DNA of 64,000 bases from Flavobacteriales bacterium (GTDB taxonomy: Bacteria; Bacteroidota; Bacteroidia; UBA10329). Every line of letters begins with the position of its first letter. Position 1 is the stretch's first letter. Location: the NCBI GenBank assembly GCA_018402015.1, contig JAGYJL010000005.1, positions 7,499 through 71,498 of the forward strand. Direction: 5' to 3'. Under the pieces are notes generated by a model, which saw only the letters and a list, made by a program, of their open reading frames with translations, ran no database searches and was not told where the DNA came from. The position numbers and the translations under genes are program-made. Shown here piece by piece: positions 51,390-61,600 of the stretch.

Positions 51390-52100
51390 TCAGAAACTTT
51401 GGAAAATATCGGCCATTTCTTCAACTGTTATCGGCTGATATTCAGTGGTGATAATAAAGTCTTCTGTAGGATACTCTTCCGCCACAACAGCCGTGGCAAC
51501 CATATGCATGTCAATATTGAACTTATTGACCGTGGCTTCCATCAGTACACCGCTTATTTCATGAAACGGAGTACACCAGTTAGGCTCTTTTATGCCTATT
51601 TCATCTGTATAGAAGATGCTGAAGTCCTTCTCAGGGTCGCCACCAAACGTTACAAACGCATGTTTGCAGTTGTATCCGGCAATCATTTTGGTGCTGTCTG
51701 ATGGAGTGATGGTCATGCCGTCAGGCTTCTTGCCGTATTCCTCCATAATCTCTACGCTGTCCATTTCCAGCCCAGAATACTTATTGGCAATTCTTACTAA
51801 GTGGGTGACCTTCTTTTCCTTATTGTTGGCCAACAGCGAAGTGCTGAACACCGCCATAGATGTTTTCAGTTCGTTCTTGGTGTTGTTATCCTTGAATTTG
51901 AAACTCATCTCCGTAGGAAACATAGAAGTGAAGATGTTGTCGTCCTTGAACTGAGGATAGGTCAGTTTGTATACGATCTTACCCTCTTTGATAATGCTTT
52001 GTTCGGAGGTTTCTTCCGCTCCGTCTCCACAGCCCATCAAGTTCACAATGGTCACTGTGCCAATGGCAAGCAAACCAATTCTTTTCCACAATGCTTTCAA
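51390..52100 (-). CDS. Hypothetical lipoprotein, GLPGLI/DUF4412-like
   Basis: Lipobox LMG-C; EGKIVY, TKMIAGYNCKHA, IFYTDEI, GVLME. TTG start at 52100 is inferred. Confidence 0.7.
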   Translation of the reverse strand: MKALWKRIGLLAIGTVTIVNLMGCGDGAEETSEQSIIKEGKIVYKLTYPQFKDDNIFTSMFPTEMSFKFKDNNTKNELKTSMAVFSTSLLANNKEKKVTHLVRIANKYSGLEMDSVEIMEEYGKKPDGMTITPSDSTKMIAGYNCKHAFVTFGGDPEKDFSIFYTDEIGIKEPNWCTPFHEISGVLMEATVNKFNIDMHMVATAVVAEEYPTEDFIITTEYQPITVEEMADIFQSF

Positions 52101-52252
52101 ATGACTCTTTCTTTTGAAGTTAGAGCCCAAGTTCCTGGTTGTCTTGTCGACACGCTAAAGTAAGCACAATTATGCATTTCCAAGTTTCACTTATTAAAAA
52201 ATACGTGAATCGCGTAACGCTATATTTGGCTTTAGGGTTACAGTAAATAAGC

Positions 52253-53641
52253 TCAGTATCCCAATATTTTCAACATTACTTCGTGGCCCTGTTCTTCTGC
52301 GAACAACTCCGATTTTAAAACGCCATTCTCATCTTTTCTTACCAGAATCTGCTTTGGTGATGGTATGAGACAATGCTGAATTCCGCCATATCCGCCAAGC
52401 GCATTCTGGTATGCTCCGGTATTGAAGAATCCGATATACTGCTGTCTTGTAGTGCTGTATTTTGGTAGGTAGATGTTGTTTACGTGCGCTTCTACGTTGT
52501 AATAATCCTGATTATCGCAGGTGAGTCCACCGAGATTGACGCGCTCATACGGATCATTCCAATTGTTTATGGCCAGAAGGATGAAGCGCTTATTGATTGC
52601 CCACGTATCTGGCAATGTGGTGATGAATGAACTATCGATCATATTCCACCATTCCACATCGTTCTGTTTTTTCTGATCGATAATGGAATAGATAGTGGCG
52701 CCACTTTCGGCAACGGTATAACTACCAAACTCGGTTAGGATGTTTGGTTCAGGTACACCTTCTTTCTGGCAGTATTCTTTAATGTGCCTTACGATCTCTT
52801 GCGTAAGGTATTGATAATCGAACTCGTCTGCTAACGATTGTTTGGTCGGAAATCCGCCACCAATATTCAAGCTGTCCAGAGTAGGGCATACCTTCTTCAG
52901 ATCGCAGTAAACCTGAAGGCACTTGCTCAATTCATTCCAATAATAAAGGCTGTCTTCAATTCCATTATCAATGAAAAGATGGAGCATTTTTAGATTGAAA
53001 ATATCGGAATCAGCAATTTCTTTCTCGTAGAAGGATTGGATGTTCCTGTGCCGGATCCCTAATCTAGCAGTGTAATATTCCGATTGAGGCTCTTCTCCTG
53101 TTGCAATACGAATACCAATATTGCATGGTTTTGTTACCATGCTAGAAAGCAATTTCAGTTCCTTTTGGTTGTCTAATACCGGAACGCTATTGAATCCGTC
53201 ATTGATAAGATCAGCGATCAACTTCGCGTACAACTCGCGCTTGTAGCCATTGTGCACCAACATGGTGTTTTTGGTGATCTTACCTTGTTCGAATAACCTA
53301 CGGATGATGTGAATATCGTACGCAGAAGAAGTTTCGAGTTCCACGTTGTTCTTCAACACCTCATCAAGAACAAATGCAAAATGAGAACTTTTGGTACAGT
53401 AGCAGTAGGTGTAGGTGCCTTGATAACCTATCTCTACCATGGCCTGCCCAAAGTGGTAACGGGCCTTTTGGATCTGATTACTGATACTTGGAAGATAGTT
53501 GAGTTTCAGCGGAGTTCCGTACTGTTCTATCAGTTCCATTAGTTCAATCCCGTGAAAAAAGAGGCAGTCGTTTCTAACCTCAAATCCGTCCTGCGGAAAA
53601 TCGACCGATTGATCGATGAATTCTCTATAAGTATTTGCCAT
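52253..53641 (-). CDS. Arginine decarboxylase (fold-type III PLP enzyme, Bacteroidota type)
   Basis: YCYCTKSSH (PLP lysine), ETSSAYD, LNIGGGFP, TEFGSYTV, GGLTCD, GAYQNALGGYGGIQHCL. Confidence 0.88.
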   Translation of the reverse strand: MANTYREFIDQSVDFPQDGFEVRNDCLFFHGIELMELIEQYGTPLKLNYLPSISNQIQKARYHFGQAMVEIGYQGTYTYCYCTKSSHFAFVLDEVLKNNVELETSSAYDIHIIRRLFEQGKITKNTMLVHNGYKRELYAKLIADLINDGFNSVPVLDNQKELKLLSSMVTKPCNIGIRIATGEEPQSEYYTARLGIRHRNIQSFYEKEIADSDIFNLKMLHLFIDNGIEDSLYYWNELSKCLQVYCDLKKVCPTLDSLNIGGGFPTKQSLADEFDYQYLTQEIVRHIKEYCQKEGVPEPNILTEFGSYTVAESGATIYSIIDQKKQNDVEWWNMIDSSFITTLPDTWAINKRFILLAINNWNDPYERVNLGGLTCDNQDYYNVEAHVNNIYLPKYSTTRQQYIGFFNTGAYQNALGGYGGIQHCLIPSPKQILVRKDENGVLKSELFAEEQGHEVMLKILGY

Positions 53642-53643
53642 TT

Positions 53644-54582
53644 CTAGTTTTTCGGTAGAAATATCTCCGCCATCATGCAGCGTGCGCTACCACCACCTAA
53701 AGTTTCTATTGTGTTTAAAGAACTATGTACAATACGATTGCTCTCTGATATTGTTCGCCTTTGCTCTTCTGTTAGGCTATTGTATGCTTGAGTAGACATG
53801 ACCATTATGCGTTCTCCTACATTATTTACAAGCTGAAGCATGTTTCCCGCAAAGCTCGATTTTTGCGCTTCGCTGATGTAGAGAATCTGCTTTCCACTTT
53901 TTTCCAATGAGGAAACTACCTCGGCACGTTCGGTGGCATTCTTGATGCTATCAGCACAAAGAATCGCTATTTCCTGGCCAACGCTCATCATTACGTTGGT
54001 ATGGTAGATCGGCTGTAATTCTCCATTCACATCTTGCATTGCTCGGAAACTCACCACTTCGTAACCCAACTGTTTGGCCCAATCGTTCAGCAGAATTTCG
54101 TTTGTTCGTTGAGATATGCCAGCATAGGCGATCAGGTTTTCTCTGTCCAGAACCAAACTACCTGTTCCTTCTAGAAAAAGACCATCAAATTCGCAGCCGG
54201 AATAATCCAATGTTTCGGTAATGCTGAAACCTTTCTCTTTCAGTTTCTCCGGTATGTCTTCGCGTCTTTCCGATCTTCGGTTTTCTGCGGCCATCGGATA
54301 CAGAACAACCATTCCTGTTTCGTGAAAGGAGATCCAATTGTTAGGGAAAATACTATCTGGGGTCAGTGGTTCAAGCGTGTCGTCAATAACCGTTACGTCA
54401 ACTCCCGCATCGCGCAGTTTGGTTGCAAATGCGTCAAACTCTTTAACTGCCTCCAATTGTGCAGTTTCACTGTTTAAACCATCTACCTGTTTTTGGTAGT
54501 GGTTGTCTATTGCGGTTTCAGTATTCATGGCAAACGCCACGGGCCGGATCATAAGTATGTGGGAAGTGTTCTGCGCTGGCAT
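53644..54582 (-). CDS. ctlX: Amidinotransferase family protein, citrulline utilisation hydrolase CtlX-like
   Basis: ILMIRP, TPDSIFPNNWIS, LEGTGSLVLDR, IYHTNVMMSVG, FAGNML, GGGSARCMMAEIF. Confidence 0.88.
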   Translation of the reverse strand: MPAQNTSHILMIRPVAFAMNTETAIDNHYQKQVDGLNSETAQLEAVKEFDAFATKLRDAGVDVTVIDDTLEPLTPDSIFPNNWISFHETGMVVLYPMAAENRRSERREDIPEKLKEKGFSITETLDYSGCEFDGLFLEGTGSLVLDRENLIAYAGISQRTNEILLNDWAKQLGYEVVSFRAMQDVNGELQPIYHTNVMMSVGQEIAILCADSIKNATERAEVVSSLEKSGKQILYISEAQKSSFAGNMLQLVNNVGERIMVMSTQAYNSLTEEQRRTISESNRIVHSSLNTIETLGGGSARCMMAEIFLPKN

Positions 54583-54584
54583 CT

Positions 54585-56057
54585 TCAAATATCTTCTCGT
54601 TGCAATGGCATGCTCATACAATGTGTTCCGCCTCTGGCTCTTGATAGTTCAGCAGACGGCAAAGTAATGAGCGTGTCGCCAGTTATCAGATCTTCCAGTT
54701 TAGCGCCCGCATCCATTTGGGCATTGAAATCTTCTGCCTTTATGATCTTGAAACCTCGATCTTGAAGCGTTTTGTTCGTATGTACGTTTCTGTCATAACC
54801 GATTATCACGCCTTCTCTGATTGCTAGGAAATTACAGCTATCTGTCCATTGTTCTCGCTCAGTGAACGGAAATTTGGCTCCACCATTAGGGATGATATTC
54901 ACTTTTTCACAACCGAAATCAACGGTGCTTACTTCGCGGAGCAGATCATCCAGAAAATCGAATTCCTTCACGGTTACTTTAAAGCCATCTGCTTTTTTCT
55001 CGCGGATGAACTGCGTAACGTAAACCTGTTCTTCTGGCGTTTCCATTTCATCATCCAACATTCTTCTGAAGTCGATCTCTTCCTTGGATAAGGTTATAGC
55101 ATCCTTGGTAAAGGGCGCATACACCACCCAAGAATCGCGCTTTATCATTGTAAAAATGGTGTCGATATGCATGTAAGCACGTTCTGCAGGAATGTTCACC
55201 ACCGATACTTTATCTACCAGGTCTCTTTGAAAAAGCTGAGTGGTAAGCTGATGAATAGCATTCTGCGTGGTTCGGGCGCTCAACCCTACCAAAAGATGAC
55301 GAGGGCTGATCATCATTACATCGCCACCTTCAATACTCACCTCCTGTGTTTCTTTTTCCAGCGAATCGGTTAGGAAGTAATACTCGTTGTCTTCCAATTC
55401 AATAACCCGGTCAGAGAACTGGTACTTTTCCCAATTTGCTTCATCTCCAAATAGATGGAAGTAAGCAATGTATTTGATGAGCAAAGCTTCTCTTGTTCGG
55501 CCTTTTTCCGCTGCTTTTATTAGCAAAAGGTGGTCGTTGATCACAATTCCTATATCTCGGGTAAAGATGAAGTTCGGAATAGGAGCAAAGAGGTAGTCTT
55601 CTTCTCCTTCATAGATCCAAACGCCAGATATCAGTGTTCGTGTCAACGTTTCTGCGTCCATTTTCATGAGCAACATCTGCGTTTCAAAGTCGCACTTTTC
55701 CATAGCGCACACAGCCGATACCAGAAGTTGTTTGGCCAGATCATTGCTTAAAACCTGCATCAGCAAATGTTCAGCATCGAGCACCTTATCCGATTTCAGA
55801 TACCCTTTTTTGGTTGGTTTAAAAAAATCAGAGTCGCTCTTGTCTCTGTTTCTTACCACATCAGGATCAAGGAACCACAGGAGCACACACAGGTATTGGT
55901 TGTATTCCTTACGCATCTTATCCAAGTAAACGATGTCATCGTACAATAGATCTTCCATCATTCTTGGGGCAATTTTTCCAATACCCGCATCCGGACTGTG
56001 AATGATCAACCTTTTTAAGGTTCCTACTTCTGACGATACTTTGATGTTCTTGCTCAT
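54585..56057 (-). CDS. arcA: Arginine deiminase family protein
   Basis: VSSEVGTLK, LLYDDI, PNFIFTRD, IEGGD, YMHIDT, EQWTDSCN, GYDRN, ELSRARGGTHCMSMPL. Confidence 0.9.
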   Translation of the reverse strand: MSKNIKVSSEVGTLKRLIIHSPDAGIGKIAPRMMEDLLYDDIVYLDKMRKEYNQYLCVLLWFLDPDVVRNRDKSDSDFFKPTKKGYLKSDKVLDAEHLLMQVLSNDLAKQLLVSAVCAMEKCDFETQMLLMKMDAETLTRTLISGVWIYEGEEDYLFAPIPNFIFTRDIGIVINDHLLLIKAAEKGRTREALLIKYIAYFHLFGDEANWEKYQFSDRVIELEDNEYYFLTDSLEKETQEVSIEGGDVMMISPRHLLVGLSARTTQNAIHQLTTQLFQRDLVDKVSVVNIPAERAYMHIDTIFTMIKRDSWVVYAPFTKDAITLSKEEIDFRRMLDDEMETPEEQVYVTQFIREKKADGFKVTVKEFDFLDDLLREVSTVDFGCEKVNIIPNGGAKFPFTEREQWTDSCNFLAIREGVIIGYDRNVHTNKTLQDRGFKIIKAEDFNAQMDAGAKLEDLITGDTLITLPSAELSRARGGTHCMSMPLQREDI

Positions 56058-56151
56058 GAACTGAGATTTGGGGCGAAGTTAGTAAGTTGCCTTTCTTTCG
56101 CATCTACTCACATCAATCTCGAAACGATACTTTTGCAGCAAAATTCAACAG

Positions 56152-57930
56152 GTGTCAAACGTACTCGTATCAAGTGTTCAGCAGGTTCTAAAGGAACTCT
56201 ATGCTCAGGATCTTTCAGAAAGCCAGATTCAACTTCAGAAAACCCGAAAGGATTTTGATGGAGATGTGACCTTAGTGGTGTTTCCGCTTCTGCGTGTTTC
56301 CAAAGTTTCTCCCGAGCAAACGGGGCAACAGATAGGAGAGGCATTGGTCAATGCGGTCGACTATGTAGAAAGCTTCAACGTGGTCAAAGGATTTCTCAAC
56401 CTTTCCTTTACAGCCGGTTATTGGGTATCCCGATTAGCAGAAATTGCACAGACTGATAATTACGGACAGCGACCAAAAGGAGGTCATAGCCGTAATGTTA
56501 TGGTCGAATACTCTTCGCCAAACACCAACAAACCACTGCATTTGGGGCACATCCGAAACAACCTTTTGGGCTATTCTGTTTCTGAGATACTCAAGGCCAA
56601 CGGGCACGAAGTGAAGAAAGTACAGGTTATTAACGACCGTGGAATTCACATCTGCAAAAGCATGCTCGCTTGGCAGAAATATGGCGAAAACGAAACGCCA
56701 CAATCCTCCGGGTTGAAAGGCGATAAGTTGGTTGGTAAGTATTATGTAGAATTCGATAAGCGCTACAAAGCAGAGATTGCCGCATTGATCGCATCTGGAA
56801 AAACCGAAGAAGAAGCAAAGGCTGAAGCTCCGATTATCATAGAAGCGCGAGAAATGCTTCAGAAGTGGGAAGCGGAAGATCCTGAAGTCCGTGAACTTTG
56901 GGCCAAAATGAACGGCTGGGTTTATAATGGATTTGATACAACTTACAAGCGCCTAGGTGTAGATTTCGATAAACTCTATTACGAAAGCAATACCTATTTA
57001 ATAGGTAAGGAATTGGTGGAAAGTGGAGTAGAGGAAGGTGTTTTTCAGAAGCGCGAGGATGGATCTATTTGGTGTGACCTGACAGAGGATGGGATGGACC
57101 AAAAACTTCTGCTTCGCTCGGATGGTACGGCAGTTTACATGACACAGGATCTTGGAACCGCCAAACTGCGATATGAAGACTGGCCAGCGCTCAATCAGCT
57201 TATTTATACCGTTGGAAACGAACAAGATTACCACTTTAAAGTACTGTTCCTGCTCCTTGGTAAGCTCGGATTTGAATGGGCCAGTAATTGTTATCATCTT
57301 TCTTACGGAATGGTAGACCTGCCTTCGGGCAAGATGAAATCTCGTGAAGGAACTGTGGTAGATGCGGACGATCTAATGGATGAAATGTTTGAAACGGCTA
57401 AAGCTCAATCTGCGGAAAAAGGAAAATTGGATGGGCTAACAGAGGAGGAGGCCGATTCTCTGTTTGAAATGCTGGGCATGGGCGCATTGAAGTATTTTAT
57501 GCTGAAAGTCGATCCGAAGAAACGAATGCTCTTCAATCCTGCAGAAAGCATTGATATGCAAGGAAACACGGGGCCATTCATTCAATACACACATGCACGG
57601 ATAAAATCGGTACTCAGAAAGGTTGAAAACACAGTCAAAGAAGTTCCAGCAGTAACAGGCATCAACGTTAATGAACGTACGTTGATACAATTGTTGAACC
57701 AATATCCAGAGATAATTCAATTGGCTGGGGAAGAGTACAGTCCGGCCGTAATTGCCAATTATGTATATGAGCTTGCCAAGGAGTACAACACCTTCTATCA
57801 TGAATGTCCGATTCTTATAGAAGCGGATGAGAATGTGAAACAATTGAGATTGGTTATCTCGCAAATGACGGCCAACGTCATAGCCTCTGGAATGAAACTT
57901 TTAGGAGTTCAAGTTCCAGACAGAATGTAA
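56152..57930 (+). CDS. argS: Arginine--tRNA ligase
   Basis: VEYSSPNTNKPLHLGHIRN, YESNTY, RSDGTAVY, GKMKSREG, GPFIQYTHAR; TACTTTTG promoter at 56128. Confidence 0.98.
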   Translation: MSNVLVSSVQQVLKELYAQDLSESQIQLQKTRKDFDGDVTLVVFPLLRVSKVSPEQTGQQIGEALVNAVDYVESFNVVKGFLNLSFTAGYWVSRLAEIAQTDNYGQRPKGGHSRNVMVEYSSPNTNKPLHLGHIRNNLLGYSVSEILKANGHEVKKVQVINDRGIHICKSMLAWQKYGENETPQSSGLKGDKLVGKYYVEFDKRYKAEIAALIASGKTEEEAKAEAPIIIEAREMLQKWEAEDPEVRELWAKMNGWVYNGFDTTYKRLGVDFDKLYYESNTYLIGKELVESGVEEGVFQKREDGSIWCDLTEDGMDQKLLLRSDGTAVYMTQDLGTAKLRYEDWPALNQLIYTVGNEQDYHFKVLFLLLGKLGFEWASNCYHLSYGMVDLPSGKMKSREGTVVDADDLMDEMFETAKAQSAEKGKLDGLTEEEADSLFEMLGMGALKYFMLKVDPKKRMLFNPAESIDMQGNTGPFIQYTHARIKSVLRKVENTVKEVPAVTGINVNERTLIQLLNQYPEIIQLAGEEYSPAVIANYVYELAKEYNTFYHECPILIEADENVKQLRLVISQMTANVIASGMKLLGVQVPDRM

Positions 57931-57984
57931 ATTGATAAACGTGCGTGGTAACATTACCTTTGCACGCCTAAATGTAGAGAGCAC

Positions 57985-59322
57985 ATGTTCGAGAATTTAA
58001 CGGAGAAATTTGAAAGCGCGTTTAAAACGCTGAAAGGAGAAGGTAAGATCACGGAGATAAACGTGGCCGAAACCATGAAAGAGGTAAGACGTGCCTTGCT
58101 CGATGCTGACGTTAATTTCAAAATAGCTAAAGAGTTTACCGAAAGAGTAAAGGAAAAAGCGCTAGGGCAGGATGTGCTTACTGCTGTAAAGCCAGGCCAG
58201 TTAATGGTGAAGATCACCAAAGATGAACTTACCGCGCTTATGGGAGGTGCAACCGTTGATATCAACCTAGATGCAAAACCAGCGGTAATTCTGATTGCAG
58301 GACTACAAGGTTCGGGTAAAACAACATTTACAGGTAAACTGGCCAATTACCTCAAATCCAAAAAACAGAAAAACCCATTGTTGGTGGCCTGTGATGTGTA
58401 TAGACCAGCTGCGATCGATCAGCTTAAGGTTTTAGGAGAACAGGTTGGCGCGCATGTTTACACAGAAGAAGGGAACAAGAATCCAGTAGAGATCGCTCAG
58501 AATGCGATCAGTTATGCCAAGGCCAATGGCTACAACGTTGTAGTTGTGGATACTGCTGGTCGATTGGCGGTTGATGAGGAAATGATGAACGAGATCGATC
58601 GCGTTCATAAGGCCATCAAACCTCAGGAGACCCTTTTTGTGGTCGATTCTATGACAGGTCAAGACGCAGTGAATACGGCTAAGGCCTTCAATGATCGTTT
58701 GAATTTCGATGGTGTTGTACTTACCAAGTTAGATGGTGACACCAGAGGTGGTGCTGCCTTATCTATTCGTTCCGTTGTCAATAAGCCGATCAAGTTTGTT
58801 GGTATTGGAGAAAAGTTGGATGCGTTGGACGTATTCCATCCGGATCGAATGGCAGATAGGATTCTTGGCATGGGCGATGTGGTTTCGCTTGTTGAACGTG
58901 CTCAAGAGCAGTTTGATGAGGAAAAAGCGCGGAAGCTTCAGAAGAAGATAGCCAAGAACACATTCGATTTCAATGACTTTCTCGATCAGATCAACCAGAT
59001 CAAGAAGATGGGTAACATCAAAGATCTTATGGGTATGATACCAGGAATGGGAAAGGCACTTAAAGATGTTGATATTGACGATGATGCTTTCAAGCAGGTA
59101 GAGGCCATTATTGGTTCCATGACACCCTTAGAAAGATCTAATCCGCAATTGATCAATGGATCAAGAAGAAAACGAATTGCCGATGGTAGTGGTTCTACTA
59201 TTCAGGATGTGAACAGATTGCTTAAGCAATTTGAAGAAAGCCGTAAGATGATGCGCATGTTCTCCAATAAAGGAGCAATGAAAAACATGATGCGTAATAA
59301 TCCGCTTGCGCGAAAGGGATAA
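57985..59322 (+). CDS. ffh: Signal recognition particle protein
   Basis: ALLDADV, GLQGSGKTT, DVYRPAA, DTAGR, TKLDGD, RILGMGD, Met-rich M domain; TACCTTTG promoter at 57955. Confidence 0.99.
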   Translation: MFENLTEKFESAFKTLKGEGKITEINVAETMKEVRRALLDADVNFKIAKEFTERVKEKALGQDVLTAVKPGQLMVKITKDELTALMGGATVDINLDAKPAVILIAGLQGSGKTTFTGKLANYLKSKKQKNPLLVACDVYRPAAIDQLKVLGEQVGAHVYTEEGNKNPVEIAQNAISYAKANGYNVVVVDTAGRLAVDEEMMNEIDRVHKAIKPQETLFVVDSMTGQDAVNTAKAFNDRLNFDGVVLTKLDGDTRGGAALSIRSVVNKPIKFVGIGEKLDALDVFHPDRMADRILGMGDVVSLVERAQEQFDEEKARKLQKKIAKNTFDFNDFLDQINQIKKMGNIKDLMGMIPGMGKALKDVDIDDDAFKQVEAIIGSMTPLERSNPQLINGSRRKRIADGSGSTIQDVNRLLKQFEESRKMMRMFSNKGAMKNMMRNNPLARKG

Positions 59323-59463
59323 ACTCCTGGTGTTAAGAATTTCAGAAAGAATTGTTCATCGGTCGATCATAGACGGATTGTCTTTGCATTGACTATTGTT
59401 ACGATTTTCGCGTGAAACACGTAGGAAATGTAAATTGAATGTTATATACTTGTTTGTGCACAA

Positions 59464-60360
59464 ATGGCAATGTTACTGGACGGAAAGAAAATATCGGACG
59501 AAGTTAAAGCTGAGTTAGCTGTAGAGGTTAATAAGCTTATCTCATCTGGATTGCGTGCTCCACACTTGGCCGCCATTCTGGTTGGTAATGATGGTGCCAG
59601 TGAAACGTATGTTTCCAGTAAGGTGAAAGCGTGCGAGCAGATCGGCTTTGGGTCAACGTTGGTCAGGTTACCGGCAGATGTTTCAGAGGAGCGGCTGTTG
59701 GCAGAGATTGATGCCATCAATAACAATGATGAAATCGATGGACTGATAGTTCAATTGCCACTTCCTAAGCACATCAATGAGCAAAAGGTTACCGATCATG
59801 TGGTTCCGGAAAAAGACGTTGATGGTTTTCATCCCGTCAATGTTGGTAAGCTTGTTCTTGGACTTCCAACTTTTGTATCTGCTACTCCCAAAGGAATTAT
59901 GGAGCTGCTAAAGCGCTACAATATTGAAACCAGTGGTAAGCACTGCGTGGTTTTGGGTAGAAGCAATATCGTTGGTACACCAATGGCAAATCTGCTGAGT
60001 AGAAATAGCAATCCTGGTAATTGTACTGTTACCCTTTGTCATAGCCGAACAAAGAATTTGGCGGAGTTTACACGCTCTGCCGATATTCTTGTAGCTGCTT
60101 TGGGCAAAGCCGAATTTGTAACAGCCGACATGGTCAAAGACGGGGTGGTTGTGATTGACGTGGGCATTACCAGAGTAGACGATGTCAACAATCCTCGAGG
60201 TTATGTGTTGAAAGGAGATGTTGCGTTTGATGAGGTTGAACCGAAGTCATCCTTCATTACTCCGGTACCAGGCGGTGTTGGTAGAATGACCATTGCAGCT
60301 TTATTGCAGAATACATTACAAGCAAGACTAAATAGTTTACAAACCCAGTTAATTTCATAA
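59464..60360 (+). CDS. folD: Bifunctional methylenetetrahydrofolate dehydrogenase/cyclohydrolase
   Basis: [38 protein letters not shown]. Confidence 0.98.
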   Translation: MAMLLDGKKISDEVKAELAVEVNKLISSGLRAPHLAAILVGNDGASETYVSSKVKACEQIGFGSTLVRLPADVSEERLLAEIDAINNNDEIDGLIVQLPLPKHINEQKVTDHVVPEKDVDGFHPVNVGKLVLGLPTFVSATPKGIMELLKRYNIETSGKHCVVLGRSNIVGTPMANLLSRNSNPGNCTVTLCHSRTKNLAEFTRSADILVAALGKAEFVTADMVKDGVVVIDVGITRVDDVNNPRGYVLKGDVAFDEVEPKSSFITPVPGGVGRMTIAALLQNTLQARLNSLQTQLIS

Positions 60361-60362
60361 TC

Positions 60363-60893
60363 ATGTCAGTTAAAGTCAAACTCAAAAACAGAGAAGACAA
60401 GTATGTAATACTTGACGAAAAGACGCATGAGGATATCCAAAATGATCCTTATTTAACATCCATCAAATTCTTGGACAATCTTCGCGCGCACTCAAATGGT
60501 TACGGTGTTTTCCAACGTTGTATTACAACGAAGAAAGGACCTGTTTATGAAACAATCTATCTGCACAAGCACATTGCAGAAAAGTTCGTTGAGAAACCTA
60601 AAAGCGATAGAAAGTTGTTTGTTCGTTTCATAGACGGTGACGTCCTTAATGTTCAATTGGAGAACCTGGAATGGGTTACCATGAACACGCTAAGACGTCA
60701 GATGAAGAATTTCAAGAGTAAGACCGGTTACAGAGGTGTTACGAAAGAAAAGAATCGCTTCCGTGCAGTTATCTATCATGAGCGTAAAGCACACAATCTT
60801 GGGTTTTTCGACACTGCCGAAGAAGCCGCTATTGCTTACAATAAGAAATCAAGAGAACTGTTCGGAGAAACAGGTAGCTTGAATAAAGTTTAA
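60363..60893 (+). CDS. HNH-like plus AP2 domain protein
   Basis: YLHKHIA...VRFIDGDVLNVQLENLEWVT (HNH-like), then TGYRGV...FRAVI...LGFFDTAEEAAIAYNKKS (AP2). Confidence 0.85.
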   Translation: MSVKVKLKNREDKYVILDEKTHEDIQNDPYLTSIKFLDNLRAHSNGYGVFQRCITTKKGPVYETIYLHKHIAEKFVEKPKSDRKLFVRFIDGDVLNVQLENLEWVTMNTLRRQMKNFKSKTGYRGVTKEKNRFRAVIYHERKAHNLGFFDTAEEAAIAYNKKSRELFGETGSLNKV

Positions 60894-60912
60894 GACTAGT
60901 TTTACTAAAGTG

Positions 60913-60946
60913 AAAGCGTCTGGTTAAATGACCAGACGCTTTTTTT
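60913..60946. terminator. Rho-independent terminator between convergent genes
   Basis: aaagcgtctggt-taaatg-accagacgcttttttt. Confidence 0.85.
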
Positions 60947-61499
60947 ATGCCGTTTCAGTAGCTACGGTTACCTGCATGCTGAGGAAACTTACTTCATTAT
61001 CAATAGGATCGATCTGATGTTTGATCTGATTTCCACTTCGCTTATAGATGTCCATTAAACCAAGTCCTGCACCACCCTTTTCAGAGTATTCCGACTTGCC
61101 GAGTTTGTCGCTGTAGATCTCGCGCATTTCGCTGTGGTCCCAGCTATTGATCTCCTTGATTTTCGACTCGAAATCTGGAATCTTCTCATTAGCGATCCTA
61201 TTTCCGGTAACTATGAAAAAATCTTCTTCATGCCGTCCGAGTAGCAGGATGCTCGCAACTTCAGCCCTCGCCTCATTTCCCGATGCAGAATGATTGACAA
61301 CGTTCTGTAGACATTCTACCAATATGTTGAAAACTCGTTTTCGAAGCTTTTTCTCCTCGCCACTCTGAGCAAGTTTCAGTTCGGTAAGTGAAAGGAGTTG
61401 TTGAACCGTCTCTTCGCTGATGTGGTCTCTGTATGCAAGCAGCAGCTCGTTTTCAGACATCATCCGATCAATATCAAAATACTGGTCTACGCGGCTCAA
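60945..61499 (-). CDS. SiaB-like (DUF6272) protein kinase/HATPase-fold protein; start inferred
   Basis: KRVFNILVECLQNV..H, TGN.I, SEKGGAGLGLMDIYKRSG. Confidence 0.85.
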   Translation of the reverse strand: MSRVDQYFDIDRMMSENELLLAYRDHISEETVQQLLSLTELKLAQSGEEKKLRKRVFNILVECLQNVVNHSASGNEARAEVASILLLGRHEEDFFIVTGNRIANEKIPDFESKIKEINSWDHSEMREIYSDKLGKSEYSEKGGAGLGLMDIYKRSGNQIKHQIDPIDNEVSFLSMQVTVATETA

Positions 61500-61600
61500 C
61501 TTGGATTTTTGGTTTGGTTGAAGAACTCTACGCACTGAATGATTAAAAGTTATACTCAAACTCAAATTTTTCACATCGCCTTAATGGATACTTTAGCAGA

